Positions 40,876-54,200 are shown, numbered from the whole stretch's first letter. The stretch is DNA of 63,579 nucleotides, filler included, from Octopus bimaculoides (GCF_001194135.2; 4 parts of 4 records of this genome joined end to end with filler, not necessarily neighbours in it), one strand, 5' to 3'. Notes: generated from the letters alone by a model not told the origin. Numbers and translations are program-made.

Positions 40876-43587
40876 CCGGTATTATTCAACCCAAGAATAA
40901 CAATAGGGATGTACGTACTGTAAACTTGTTACACAAAAGTACGAAAAACTACACGTGCAAAACAATTTGACAACAGAAATGAACGGACCGGCACCCTACG
41001 AAAATGATGACCGTCAAAATAAAGGGCCGGACGTTGTTCCTCATGTCCCGCAAATAAAACCAAAAAGGCATAAATGGACACGTGAGGAATATATTTCAAT
41101 CCTACATGCTTATTTTACATCAGTGCTCTACCCAAAGAACAATATATACATATAAAATATGTAAGACAAATAACCTAAATAAAGACCTGGATACAGCAAT
41201 GAACCCTAATAAACTAGCTAATATACGAAGATATATTCTCAAAGCAAAAAAATTATCAGAAATAGAAATAGAGCAATTAAAAGGAAAAATGCATTAAAAA
41301 AAATGTAGATAGTAGCCATACAACAATGCCAGGTAATATAAACACTGAGATAATAAAACACGAAGGCAAATGTAACATTTCCACCAAAAACGAAGTAAAC
41401 AAAAAACAACAAACCCAGACCGTAGGGATGTATAATAATGTACAAAAACCATCAATTCAGAACACCACAGACAAACATGTGAATGAAAAGGAAGGCAAAA
41501 CAAATCTAAAACCTGGGAATAACGAAGGGAAACCTAATGATTATACTATAAAAATGAGAATAATAAAAAAACTGAAAACCACAGATCTTAGAATGGACCA
41601 CAGATTATATCTCCCAAAAATCAAAATAGACAATAAAACAACATCAATAATAAATAGCATAAACCTGGCCGTCACGGAACTAACAGCCTCAGAAACAACT
41701 GGCAATAGCACTGAGCTAAATGACATAATATATGGGGCTGCCACTGCAGCCACAAAAGAAGCAGGATACTCCCTCAAACCCAAACAAACAGGAGTTCCAC
41801 TACCCAAACAAACCCTGTGGATAAATAATATCCAAAACAAAATTTTAAAATAGAGAAAAGATCTGTTTGATTCTTAACGAAATTAGTAGACAATCAACAC
41901 TACTAAGTAACAAGAAGAAAACAAAAATACTGTGCAATACAACATTACAGAAAAAGATTTACCTCAGGTAAAAGAAAAGCTAAAGCAAGATATCCTCGCC
42001 AAAGCACAAAGGATCCACCGGTATGAGAAACGCCAACGTTTCTTTGAACAAAACAAACAGTTCAACTCCATCCCCCAAAAATTCTACCAAGAACTTGGCA
42101 AAAATAAAATATACATTACTGCAGCAGCAACAGCAGAAGAAGTGGAAGAATTTTGGAAAGAAATATGGTCGGTGAAGCAACAACCTCAGAAAAGGACCAC
42201 CAAAACAACGAACGTAGCACCTGAGCAACTCTAGACCCCATTAACAACTGAAGAGGTCACCCAGGCACTGCAGAGACTAAGCATCTGGAAGGCACGTGGG
42301 CACGACAAGATCCCCAACTTCTGGTTAAAATACCTGACAGGAATACACAATAAGCTGGCTGAAAACTTTAACAACATACTAGTAGAACCAGAGACAATGC
42401 CTGAATGGCTCACGAAAGGGAAAACTATCCTAATTCCCAAATCCATGGAAACATCAAAACCACAAAACTACAGACCTATAACCTGTCTCCCTACATTCTA
42501 CAAAGCCTTTATTGCAATAATATCGCAGAGATTGGGTAAGCACCTGGAAGATAACCACCTGTTTCCAGAAGAGCATAAGGGATGCTGCAAAGGCTCATAC
42601 GGCTGTGAAGATCATTTAATGATCAATAAAGCCATAACTGAAGACAGCCTCAGAATGAAGAAAGGCCTCAGTGTGGCCTGTATCGACTACCAAATGGCTT
42701 TTGATAGTGTTCCCGACACGTAGATCCTCGAAACACTAGCCATAAACAAGGTAGCACCAATAATTATAAAATACATAAAACACTCTATGAATAAATGGCA
42801 GACAGTGCTACAGCTCCAAACAAAAGAGGGACTCGTGAAACTATAGACGAGTTAGATCACTACTAAAACAGAGCTCAATGCTAATAACAAAATAATAGGT
42901 ATTAACACTTCAGCCGTCCCAGTTATAACTTACAGCTACAATGTCCTTAACTGGACACTAAATAAACTAACGAAAATAGACAAGAAAACAACAAAAATAA
43001 TGACAGGATCTAGGATGCGCCACAGAATCTGACATAGAAAGGCTATATATACAATGTACAGAAGGTGGTAGAGGCCTTATACAGCTGGAAAATTATTATA
43101 AATTAACCCCCATAGGATTACAAATGTACGTTGATATACAAATTTTACGGCAAAACAATCAGCACCTTTTATATATGGATATACTTGTCAGAGATCATGG
43201 AGGAAAAATGCTTTGTCATTGATGTATCAATACCAGCAGATGACAACATATCTCTAAGAGAAATGGAGAAACTTTCAAAATACAAAGACCTAGAAATAGA
43301 GATAACTCCAATGTGGAATCTAAAAACAGAAACAATTCCTGTCATAGTAGGCGCCTTAGGTATGATAAAAAAAATATTCAGACAAATACATAACAAAAAC
43401 ACCAGGACTTACAAATATATATAACATACAGAAAATTGCACTACTGGGCACTGCACATATCCTATGTAAAACACTTTCAATACAGTAACCATAAGAGCAT
43501 CACAGCAAACTACAGCACATACCCAAGGAACACAGAGCTGCGCTCGGTAGTGAAGTGAAAGCACGCTATAAAAATAAAACTACTGAA
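40876..43587 (+). mobile_element. R4/Dong-like LINE (copy 3): both ends present, internally deleted and rearranged, non-autonomous
   Basis: N-terminal RHKWTREEY..NKLANIRRYILKAKKLSEIEIEQL; RT PEWLTKGKTILIPK..NYRPITCLPT..IDYQMAFDSVP; endonuclease CFVIDVSIP..EKLSKYKDLEIEI..GTAHIL. Many stops and frameshifts. (TAA)n lies on both sides. Confidence 0.93.
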
Positions 43588-43595
43588 TAATAATG

Positions 43596-43631
<36 letters not shown>

Positions 43632-44799
43632 NNNNNNNNNNNNNNNNNNNNNNNNNNNNNNNNNNNNNNNNNNNNNNNNNNNNNNNNNNNNNNNNNNNNN
43701 NNNNNNNNNNNNNNNNNNNNNNNNNNNNNNNNNNNNNNNNNNNNNNNNNNNNNNNNNNNNNNNNNNNNNNNNNNNNNNNNNNGAAGAAGAAGAAGAAGAA
43801 GAAGAAGAAGAAGAAGAAGAAGAATGATTTCAAATTTTGTCACATGGCCAGTAATTTTGGTGAAGAGAGGAAGTCGATTTCGTCGACATCAGTTTTCAAT
43901 TGGTATTGATTTTATTTTTATTTCAATTAGTATTTATTTATTTCATTGCTGCGGGAATCATAGGAAAAGGCGATCCCGGTGGCATTATAACTTACAATGT
44001 AAAACCGGAAGAAATGCCGCTAAGTTAGTTATTCTACACTACAAGTATTTTTATATGGATACTATCTAGAGCAACATAAGAATGGTGCTCGCTTCATCGA
44101 CGAAGACGACGACGACGATGATAATGATGATGATGATGGTAGTTGTAGTGATGATGATGATGATGATGATGGTTATATCTTCAATTGTCAGGCAAAATAT
44201 GAAAATACTCTGTACTTGTATAAACTGACAAAATACCTTCCAAGTATTTTTAATTAAGTTTTCTTAATTTCTTCCACCACATCTCTATGATGAACGAATG
44301 ATGTATGCAAATTTGTGATTATTATGCAAAGTATTATGCTAATTACTTTCTAAAATAATCAGAATGATAATTAATAATGATGATTTCTGTTTTTGGCACA
44401 AGGCCACAAGCGCAACCCGTGTCGATATTTCACGAAGATGCTTTATCGATTCTTCAATATCCGAGTTAAAATCGCCCTTAAACAGAAGTAAATCGTAACG
44501 AATATGTCTCTTGAAAAGGATGATGGGAAACATAGCAGCAAATAATTATTAAAGAATATTCTAAAAGTAAGAATTTCAATATAAATTATCCTGTTAAATC
44601 TTAGATAGTTTCCTTGCGTGGCACATGCAGGGCAAGATTGAACAATGCTCTACAGATGAGAAGAAAAGAACAAAACTGCATCGTCTTAGAAGTTTATGAT
44701 TCTTAGTTTTGACCGAAGGATTTTACATGGGTAACGTAGAGGTGCAGTCGATGTCGGAAAAATTAGTATGAGTATGTATACATTATAAATGTATATATA

Positions 44800-45019
44800 C
44801 AGTAATCCCTCGCCATATCGCGATTCACCTACCGCAGTTTACTGTTTAAGCTTATGCCAATTCCTCCGGGGTGTTGTTTTGCATTTATGATAAAATAAAT
44901 ATATACAAATTATAGAAATAATTTTTTTTAATTACACTACAGTAGTGTTTCCACTTCGAAAATTTCACTTATCGTGGGGGTCTTGGAACGCAACACCAAC
45001 GATAGTCGAGAGATCACTG
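44800..45019. mobile_element. pogo/Tigger-like MITE, 220 bp, TA TSD
   Basis: TA|CAGTAATCCCTCGCCATATCG ... CGATAGTCGAGAGATCACTG|TA: imperfect TIRs flanked by TA. Confidence 0.8.
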
Positions 45020-45404
45020 TATGTATATGTATATATATATATATATATATAGAAGGCTAAACAATGCAAAATGAATTGTAAGATGAGGTAACGAAATATA
45101 CGGTAAGTTACTCGGTCGTCTTTGTTTTCTTTTTATTGATGTTGCTGTTGTTCTTTTAACTGTCCAATATTTTAAGACCTAAAAATCCCTTCATCAGGGC
45201 TATGAACCTATTGGAGTACAGTATAAATCTCGTCCATCTTCAGATTTATCCTGTACTGTCCAGTAGAAGTATTATACATACTTTAAGGTTTGCGTTTGGG
45301 TATTCGTCGTGTGTGAATAAATAATTGAAAAAATTGGAGTATGACTGGACATTTATTTTTTAACCACTACAATTGTTTCCACGCATATATATATATATAT
45401 ACAT

Positions 45405-45570
45405 TCGACGGGCTTCTTTCGGTTTCCGTCAACCAAATCCACTCACAAGTCTTTGGACGGCCCGAGGCTATAATAGAAGACACCTTCCCAGGGTGCCACG
45501 CAGTGGTTCTGAACCTGGAATCATGTGGTTGGTAAACAAGTTACTTACCACATACCCACTACTGCGCCTA
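45405..45570 (-). mobile_element. SINE-B head
   Basis: Reverse of aggcgcagtagtgggtatgtggtaagtaacttgtttaccaaccacatgattccaggttcagaaccactgcgtggcaccctgggaagg. Confidence 0.85.
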
Positions 45571-45584
45571 TATATAGGCTCCCT

Positions 45585-45949
45585 TAGGAGTTGTAACATT
45601 TCTTTTTCAGTTTGATGATATTTTCCAATAATTTTAGATATTTCTAATGTTGATTTACCTTTTGCAAATCCAGAAGTAAAAGAAGATTTCTCTGAAGCAG
45701 TCCAGTCACATTTACGACCCGTAATTACAAGATTATCAGACCACTCATTAATAATTTGAAACACTGAACGACGTTCGTGGAAATCATGCAAACGACCGTA
45801 GTTTATTTACACATGCGCAAAACCTCACCTTTCTTACACACCACGTGCATAGAACTGTTGCCATCAGTCTGTGGAAACTTCATGGAATTCCAACGAGTAG
45901 ATTTTAAAATACTACAAATGCTACGTCTCTAATAATTTGAAACGCAGCG
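45585..45949 (-). mobile_element. Tc1-like transposon 5' fragment (TIR + N-terminal HTH)
   Basis: TA|CGCTGCGTTTCAAATTATTAGAG terminus, then GRKCDWTASEKSSFTSGFAKGKSTLEISKIIGKYHQT, which resembles the first HTH of Tc1 transposases. Confidence 0.7.
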
Positions 45950-45986
45950 TATATGTATATACATGTAAGTATACGCGTATATGAGG

Positions 45987-46035
<49 letters not shown>

Positions 46036-47223
46036 GTGTGTATGCATATGCATGTATATGTGTGTATGTATATATATATATATACATATATAGAGAGAGA
46101 GAAAGAGAGAGAGACAAATACAGAGGTAAGGAGATATCTTATATCCATATATGTGTGGGTCTATCTAATAGTGTGTGTGTGTGTGTGCGTGTGAGTGTGT
46201 GAGCGTGTGTGTGTGTGTGTATCTATTTATCTTAAACAGGTGTATTTTTCTTTATAGATGAGAGTGTGTGAACTTAGCAGATGTTAACATGCTGCAATAC
46301 TGCGATCCACTGGAACCCGGTTGAAAAAAAAATTAGAGTAAAAACAACAACAACAACGTCATCGAAAATAAATAACAGCTGTCTTGATCGAGTTAGACTT
46401 TAATTTCTCAAAAAACCTCCGACTTACTTAAAATAACATAAATAACATATGGACAAAAACACTCATACACAAACATGTGCATATATATAAATGCATACAT
46501 ACATTTACGCATGTATATGCATATATACNNNNNNNNNNNNNNNNNNNNNNNNNNNNNNNNNNNNNNNNNNNNNNNNNNNNNNNNNNNNNNNNNNNNNNNN
46601 NNNNNNNNNNNNNNNNNNNNNNNNNNNNNNNNNNNNNNNNNNNNNNNNNNNNNNNNNNNNNNNNNNNNNNNNNNNNNNNNNNNNNNNNNNNNNNNNNNNN
46701 NNNNNNNNNNNNNNNNNNNNNNNNNNNNNNNNNNNNNNNNNNNNNNNNNNNNNNNNNNNNNNNNNNNNNNNNNNNNNNNNNNNNNNNNNNNNNNNNNNNN
46801 NNNNNNNNNNNNNNNNNNNNNNNNNNNNNNNNNNNNNNNNNNNNNNNNNNNNNNNNNNNNNNNNNNNNNNNNNNNNNNNNNNNNNNNNNNNNNNNNNNNN
46901 NNNNNNNNNNNNNNNNNNNNNNNNNNNNNNNNNNNNNNNNNNNNNNNNNNNNCACGGAAGATACACGTCGACAAACATCCGCACGTAATTACATTTTGAA
47001 ATAACCAAAAGAGAATAGGTGAAGAAAAAGTTCTTCCTAAGACAGGAGAGTATAAGAGAAGGAGGTATATATGTGTAGGTGTAGGTATGTGCGCGAGAGA
47101 GAGAGAGAGAGTGTGTGTGTGGCTGTAACTGAATTCGTGTGTGTATGTGTGTGTGGTGGTAGCTGTGTGTGCGTGGATGTGTGTATGTGCTTGTACGTGT
47201 GTGCGTGTGTTATATGTGTGTGC

Positions 47224-48200
47224 TCGGAGCTCCAAACGGAAATGACGGGCCGGCCGCCTGTCTGACCAACGTAGAATTTGTTGCGGAGATTACTTCTAAT
47301 GCAATAGAAAAGACTGAAAGAAGTGCAGGAAAAGGAGTTTCTAAAGTAGAGGGTGTGTTGGTTGGATCGAGTGAGGGAAGAAGTGTTGGTGAGGAAAGGA
47401 CACGTGTGCAAGTAGGATCTAGAGCAGGGGAAGGGTCCGGGATAGGTTGGGATCGAACCAGCAGATCGCGTAGGATACGGGCGCGTTTACAGGAAAGCAA
47501 GGTTGGATTGGGGAAAATGAGGTGGTGGGATTTGTCTGGAGACGAGAGAAGGCGATTAGGATCCTCCGACGAGGGGTAGGGTGGAGGGGTAGAAAAGGAT
47601 GGCAAAGAGGCGCAGTTGAGGGATTGGTGTGGGGAATGAGAGAGGGCAGTGGTGCGATCGATTAGAGGAGAGCAGGCAAGGGCAGTTTGGACAAGGGTGG
47701 ATGGGTATCTTCGATGCATGAACAGGCGGGCAAGGTACTGAGACTGGGTCTTGAAATCCTGGTCCCGGCTACACAAGCGTCGGAGGCGGAGGAACTGAGA
47801 ATAAGGGTGGCCCGTTTCGTGTGGGAGGGAGAGGAGGAGGAAAAGTTGAGGTAGAGGTTGGACTCCATGGGTTTGAGGAAGGCGGACGTGGTGAGAGGGT
47901 GGGAGGATATCAATGGTGAGAGAGATATCTAGGAAGTATACGAGGTGTCAGAGAGGTAAATTGGAGAGAAGTGTGAAAGTTGGAAAGAGATGAAATAGGA
48001 GAGTTGTTCGCGGGAGAGGAGGGTGGTGTCTATACAGCCGTCTCTGTAGCGATTGTATGGTTCTGGGATCGGTCCAGAGAACTGGAAGAATACTTAGGCC
48101 TCAATGTATCCAACAAATATGTCGGTGCAATTAGGAAACATCCTCGTTCCCATAGCGACGCCAGACAACGTTTGGTAAATCGCCTCCGCGAATGTAGAGC
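47224..48200 (-). mobile_element. Penelope-like retroelement fragment (RT + GIY-YIG), decayed
   Basis: GVAMGTRM.P...F.GYIE, RY.DG, FLD, SQFLRLRRLCSRDQDF...FMHRRYP, then TCPF...FSCTS..FYCI....FYVGQTG (GIY-YIG-like). Truncated by an N-gap. Confidence 0.88.
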
Positions 48201-48993
48201 NNNNNNNNNNNNNNNNNNNNNNNNNNNNNNNNNNNNNNNNNNNNNNNNNNNNNNNNNNNNNNNNNNNNNNNNNNNNNNNNNNNNNNNNNNNNNNNNNNNN
48301 NNNNNNNNNNNNNNNNNNNNNNNNNNNNNNNNNNNNNNNNNNNNNNNNNNNNNNNNNNNNNNNNNNNNNNNNNNNNNNNNNNNNNNNNNNNNNNNNNNNN
48401 NNNNNNNNNNNNNNNNNNNNNNNNNNNNNNNNNNNNNNNNNNNNNNNNNNNNNNNNNNNNNNNNNNNNNNNNNNNNNNNNNNNNNNNNNNNNNNNNNNNN
48501 NNNNNNNNNNNNNNNNNNNNNNNNNNNNNNNNNNNNNNNNNNNNNNNNNNNNNNNNNNNNNNNNNNNNNNNNNNNNNNNNNNNNNNNNNNNNNNNNNNNN
48601 NNNNNNNNNNNNNNNNNNNNNNNNNNNNNNNNNNNNNNNNNNNNNNNNNNNNNNNNNNNNNNNNNNNNNNNNNNNNNNNNNNNNNNNNNNNNNNNNNNNN
48701 NNNNNNNNNNNNNNNNNNNNNNNNNNNNNNNNNNNNNNNNNNNNNNNNNNNNNNNNNNNNNNNNNNNNNNNNNNNNNNNNNNNNNNNNNNNNNNNNNNNN
48801 NNNNNNNNNNNNNNNNNNNNNNNNNNNNNNNNNNNNNNNNNNNNNNNNNNNNNNNNNNNNNNNNNNNNNNNNNNNNNNNNNNNNNNNNNNNNNNNNNNNN
48901 NNNNNNNNNNNNNNNNNNNNNNNNNNNNNNNNNNNNNNNNNNNNNNNNCTACAGATGCAAATACCTGTGTGTGTGTGTGTGTGTGTGTATATG

Positions 48994-49054
<61 letters not shown>

Positions 49055-49239
49055 ATGTATGTATGTATGTATGTATGTATATTACGTATTGTAATAAGCA
49101 AGTTAGTTCTTTTCATCGACATATTCTATGTACTTCTATTATTATGGAATATCGTATTTTCTGCCCTGTCAAAGGCGATAGTTTTCTCTGGATGTCAACC
49201 AAGGTATGTTGGAATGTCAGAAAATATAATCTACATATT

Positions 49240-49425
49240 CTTTTCTACTCTAGACACAAGGCTCGAAATTTTGGGTGAGACGGGCCAGTCGATTGGATCG
49301 GCCCAAGTACGCAACTGTTACTTAATTTATCGACCCCGAAAGGATAACAGGCAAAGTCGATCTAGGCGGAATTTGAACTCAAAAGACAGACGAAATACCG
49401 CTAAGGATTTTGCTCGGCGTGCTAC
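49240..49425 (-). mobile_element. SINE-A
   Basis: ttctactctagacacaagg...cgaccccgaaagg...ggcggaatttgaactc...aaataccgctaagg. Confidence 0.85.
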
Positions 49426-49984
49426 AAACACATACATGCACACATACATACACATGCATACACATACATGCACACATACATACACATACATGCACACATA
49501 CATATACGCACACACGTGCCAGCTCACCGCCTTAGATAACCTAGATATTACTTGGCTGTTTGCAGGCTTGTGACTATATATGCACGCATCTCAATATATG
49601 CATTTTCTTGTTTGTGTAACTATGCGCGTATGTATGCAAGGAAGCTGCAGATTTCTGGTCTGCGCTTTATGAAATTTAAATTCGAACCTTTAGCAAATTA
49701 AGGGCGAAATTTCAGAATCGTTTCACTTTATTTAATAAAACCATTAAAAACTGGGAATTTTATGTATTTATTCATCATGTGATTGAATTATTTTTCCTGG
49801 GCACCCAATCACATGCATCAATTATCAGAGAGAGAATTTTGGATGGATAATCCGCCCAAAGGTATTTACTCATTGTTGTTGTTGTTCATAATGTTATCTG
49901 CTTTATTCAGCCGAGACCTATAACAAATTATTATTATTATTATTATTACTATTATTATTATTATTATTATTATTNNNNNNNNNN

Positions 49985-50015
<31 letters not shown>

Positions 50016-50215
50016 GAATAATTAGCACACCAGGCAAAATGCTTAGCAGCATTTTGTCCGTCGATACATTTTGAGTTCAAATTCCACTGACGTCGACTTA
50101 GCATTTCATTCTTTCTAGATCGATAAAATAAGTACCAGCTGAACAATAGGGTCGATGTAATCGACTTGTCCCCACCCTCAAAATTTCAGGCCTTGTGTCT
50201 ATAGCAGAAAGGACT
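50016..50215 (+). mobile_element. SINE-A preceded by (TTA)n
   Basis: ttagcacaccaggcaaaatgcttagc...gagttcaaattccac...aaatttcaggccttgtgtctatagcagaaagga. Confidence 0.85.
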
Positions 50216-50491
50216 ATCACCATTATTGCTTTTACTTTTCAGAGCACTCAGTCTTGTTTGCTCTGGTTGATTCTGTGAGAACGGACAGCAGTCTGCTGTT
50301 AGAGATCTCACAGGGTCTCTTCCGCTCATTATAAGCATTGATAATTGGTTGTTAATTACTGTGAAGACACTCCACACCCAAGTACCAATCTCAGAATTAC
50401 AGTTTCGTCTCCCTATACTCTTCTTCTTTCTCTTCTTCTTCTTCTTCTTCTTCTTCTTCTTCTTCTTCTTCTTCTTCTTCTTCTTCTTCTT

Positions 50492-50598
<107 letters not shown>

Positions 50599-51112
50599 GC
50601 ACTGTTAATGCATTCTGTCCAAATACCGAATGTACTTCATTAACTATATTTGTTTATCGCGCACCTTACATTTTTGCCACTGTAAGAGACGGGTATCAAG
50701 CGGTAAATACCAGTTCTTCGATCACAACTGTTAAACAACATTGAGTCAAGTTAGAACTCCATTGGCCGAAACTTACTTTAATTACTCTAGTATCAAACAA
50801 TCAGGAATATAAATATAAGTCTACTCCTTATGCTTAAACGCCAGGAACGTATTTCAAAGTTGTTTTTTTTTTATATATTTCTCACACTCCAGTATGAAAT
50901 ATACGTCCCAAGTTCCTCTCAGCTGCTTTGAAATGAATCTCTCGCATTTTGCACGAGTAAATAGAGCATAGCATTTTAGGCATCATATAATTCGACCCAC
51001 TTTCGAAAAATTTATATATTTGCTCAATGTGGAAGAGATAGCAACCAAGATTTCCTTCAAATCCTGCTCACCAGTACGTCTTAAAACGTGGAGGACATAT
51101 TGGACAATATAT

Positions 51113-51408
51113 TGCTGGCATTCCGTCGGTTATTATGATGGGGGTTCCAGTTGATCCGATCAACAGAACATCCTGATCAGGAAATTAGCGTGCAAATGGC
51201 TGAGTATTCCACAGACACGCGTACTCTTGATGTAGTTCTCAGGGAGATTCAGCGTGACACAGAATCTGACAAGGCCTCTCCTTTGAAATACATGCACTGA
51301 GTGGATGGAGCAACATGAAATAAAGTGTCTTGCTCAAGAACACAAAGCGCTACCGGAAATCGAAATCACTACTTTACGATCACCAGGCCACGCATCTTCA
51401 CCACTAGA
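51113..51408 (-). mobile_element. SINE family C, variant C2
   Basis: The 3' half matches C1. The middle module is tgtgttcttgagcaagacactttatttcatgttgctcca instead of the C1 module. Confidence 0.82.
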
Positions 51409-52479
51409 GTATGTATTCCTAGGTAAACAAATATGAGGGGATGCATAAGACTGGATGCTTTTTGATCAGAGCTGACTAGTGGTTAAACCACGATAGAAAC
51501 AACAACAGCAACAATATCAGCAACAATGACAGATCGCATTTTCATGGAACATGGTTGTCATATTCTTATACCTGCAGTGTTGTGGTTGTTACACGTCAAC
51601 GGTTTCTAACAACCATTTTTTTTCTTTCTTTTTCCCGTAGTCGGTGTGGCAATTCGTAAACATTGCTTCACGCTTTCAATATTTTTTTGTCTTTGATCTC
51701 CTGTGAAATCCTTCCCATAATTTCTTTTATAAACTGATTTTGATACAACGTTATCATTCATGGAAAATAATACCTGAATGATTATTTTGACAGCTATTCA
51801 GTATTGTACATTCCATATACGAAATAATTCACACAGCCAACAACAATACAGATTCCTTTTGATTCATTGTTGAAGTCAATTCATTTTACACATGTTGGAC
51901 ATACTTTTGTTTTGTGTTTTTCCTAGAAAGAAGCGAATGTCACATAATCTTGTTTTACCAATAAATGTAGACTTTGTGAGAAAGTTATATTTATATTACT
52001 GCTTTATGTTACTTAATATTCGAATTTCTTTTCACAAATAGATTTTTCTGTGATCTGTTAGCAATACGATGCTGTTTTTTCGAACAAGTCGGTAACGAAC
52101 GAGACTGACATATAGATATAGCTTTCTTTTTGACGTTCGCATTTGCATATATGAATATGTCTTGCTAATGTTCAAATATTATATTAAAAAATACAGAAAA
52201 GAGACTATAGACACAAATATTACAAACAATTGTAACAATGAGTACATAAAGGCGGCACAGTTGGCTTCAGAGAATCTCTGAAGATTATTTGTTTAGGATG
52301 TGTAACATGTAATATGGAAAAATCTCGACCTTTTAGAGGTCACAACTCTGTATACATATTGAGCCATTGAATAATTACGGCAATGGGAAGACAATTTTTC
52401 AATATGTACTATATTGGATACATATGTAAACACGCACGCGCGCATTTATATATTCTAGTATGTATGTGTGCGTGTGTGC

Positions 52480-52510
<31 letters not shown>

Positions 52511-53569
52511 CGTGTGTGTGTGTGTGCTCGCGGGCGTTTGCATGTTATTATCGTATTGCGAATGGTTGAATGTTTGATAACAAGAATGAAGTGAGAAGGA
52601 AAAATCCTTTTATGTTCGAGTGGGAGTAGCCAAGACATCTTTAAAATCGAAAATAAAAATGACAAGCATCCTGGGATGGAGATTCCACATTTCGAATTAT
52701 CATTGATAAACGAAACACATAAAAGAAAATTGTTTGCCAAGGTTTAGAGTCATGAGAAAATAAGGAGAAAATATATCACTTTGAGTTTAACAAATCCTAT
52801 TTCGAATAATTTGGCAATGTGAGGGAATTATTATAGGAAAAGATTATGCGTTTAACTGAGAGCAATGGCATGATATGAATACTGAACAGAATATCTAACG
52901 AGGAATCTGTTATAGATTAATGATAATTTCATATTATTAGAATATATAAATAGAATTCAAGGGAGCTTTGGTAGTCATATCGGAGAAAATAAAGAATGTA
53001 GTAGGATTATTGAGTGCTATTGTTTATATAATTCAGTTAATTGTGTTTTTACTTGTAAAAATATGGAGCTTAAGATTGAGTGTGCCTGGCAATTATCGGG
53101 GTTCAATTCTTGAAATAGGCGTGTGTTTGGTATTTATCATGTCATTTCTTTCTTAGTTGTTCCTGCTTACTAACCTGAGTATAGCTTCTAAACGAATGTT
53201 ATTGTTCTCTTTATCTTCTCCCCCTTGCTGCCACATACTCGATATTCCAGCTACAAAAATAGCTAAGATAATTTACAAACGTGTGGTAAGTGTCACCAAG
53301 TCATGCATAATTGCAAACACTAATGTTAAAAGGGAGTTGAATGCCAAAGTGAGAGTGTACTTTATGAAGAGCATAAGACGAGGCACTTCTCATCTGGGCA
53401 GTCTACTTCCACATTTGTGAAGATAAGAATGGAAAGGATATTAGGTGCATTTAAATGCAAACAATAGACAGAATACGATATAAAGGCAGCAGATATCCAA
53501 TTTGATACTTGAAAATGTGAACTTTGAATAACCAGAAGTGAGGTGTTAGTTGATACAAATATATATATA

Positions 53570-53669
53570 NNNNNNNNNNNNNNNNNNNNNNNNNNNNNNN
53601 NNNNNNNNNNNNNTTAATTAATTAANNNNNNNNNNNNNNNNNNNNNNNNNNNNNNNNNNNNNNNNNNNN
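53570..53669. other. Artificial scaffold-join linker
   Basis: 44 N + TTAATTAATTAA (53614-53625) + 44 N. Confidence 0.95.
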
Positions 53670-53719
<50 letters not shown>

Positions 53720-53938
53720 CACATATATATATAAGAAAAAATGGGATTTAAAATCCTGGCAGATATCAAGTAAACACTCAATATAAAGGAATGAGGTTAA
53801 ATTTCCAACAGGTAGATGTTTGTAGAATAGAAATCCCAGGTAAATCCTCATGTATGATAGGTAAATCCAACAATCCTTATGCAGAATTTTTAGAAACACA
53901 GGGTATTTCACAACAACCAATAATATGTACATAAAAAG

Positions 53939-53974
53939 TCATATCTTTATTGTAGATCTACAATAAAGATATGA
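53939..53974. repeat. Perfect 36-bp loopless palindrome
   Basis: TCATATCTTTATTGTAGATCTACAATAAAGATATGA equals its own reverse complement. Confidence 0.95.
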
Positions 53975-54157
53975 TTTTCTTCATACATGTTATTGGTTTT
54001 TATTATTTTTTCTCTTTTTTATTATAGTAATAACTGTATATTAAACTGTTTATCCCTATATATATTGAGAGAATTCTCACAATATATCATTGATAACATC
54101 AGTTGATCTCTGGATCTTTTATAATCCCTAAAAAGGACACTATATTCTCAAACGACT

Positions 54158-54200
<43 letters not shown>

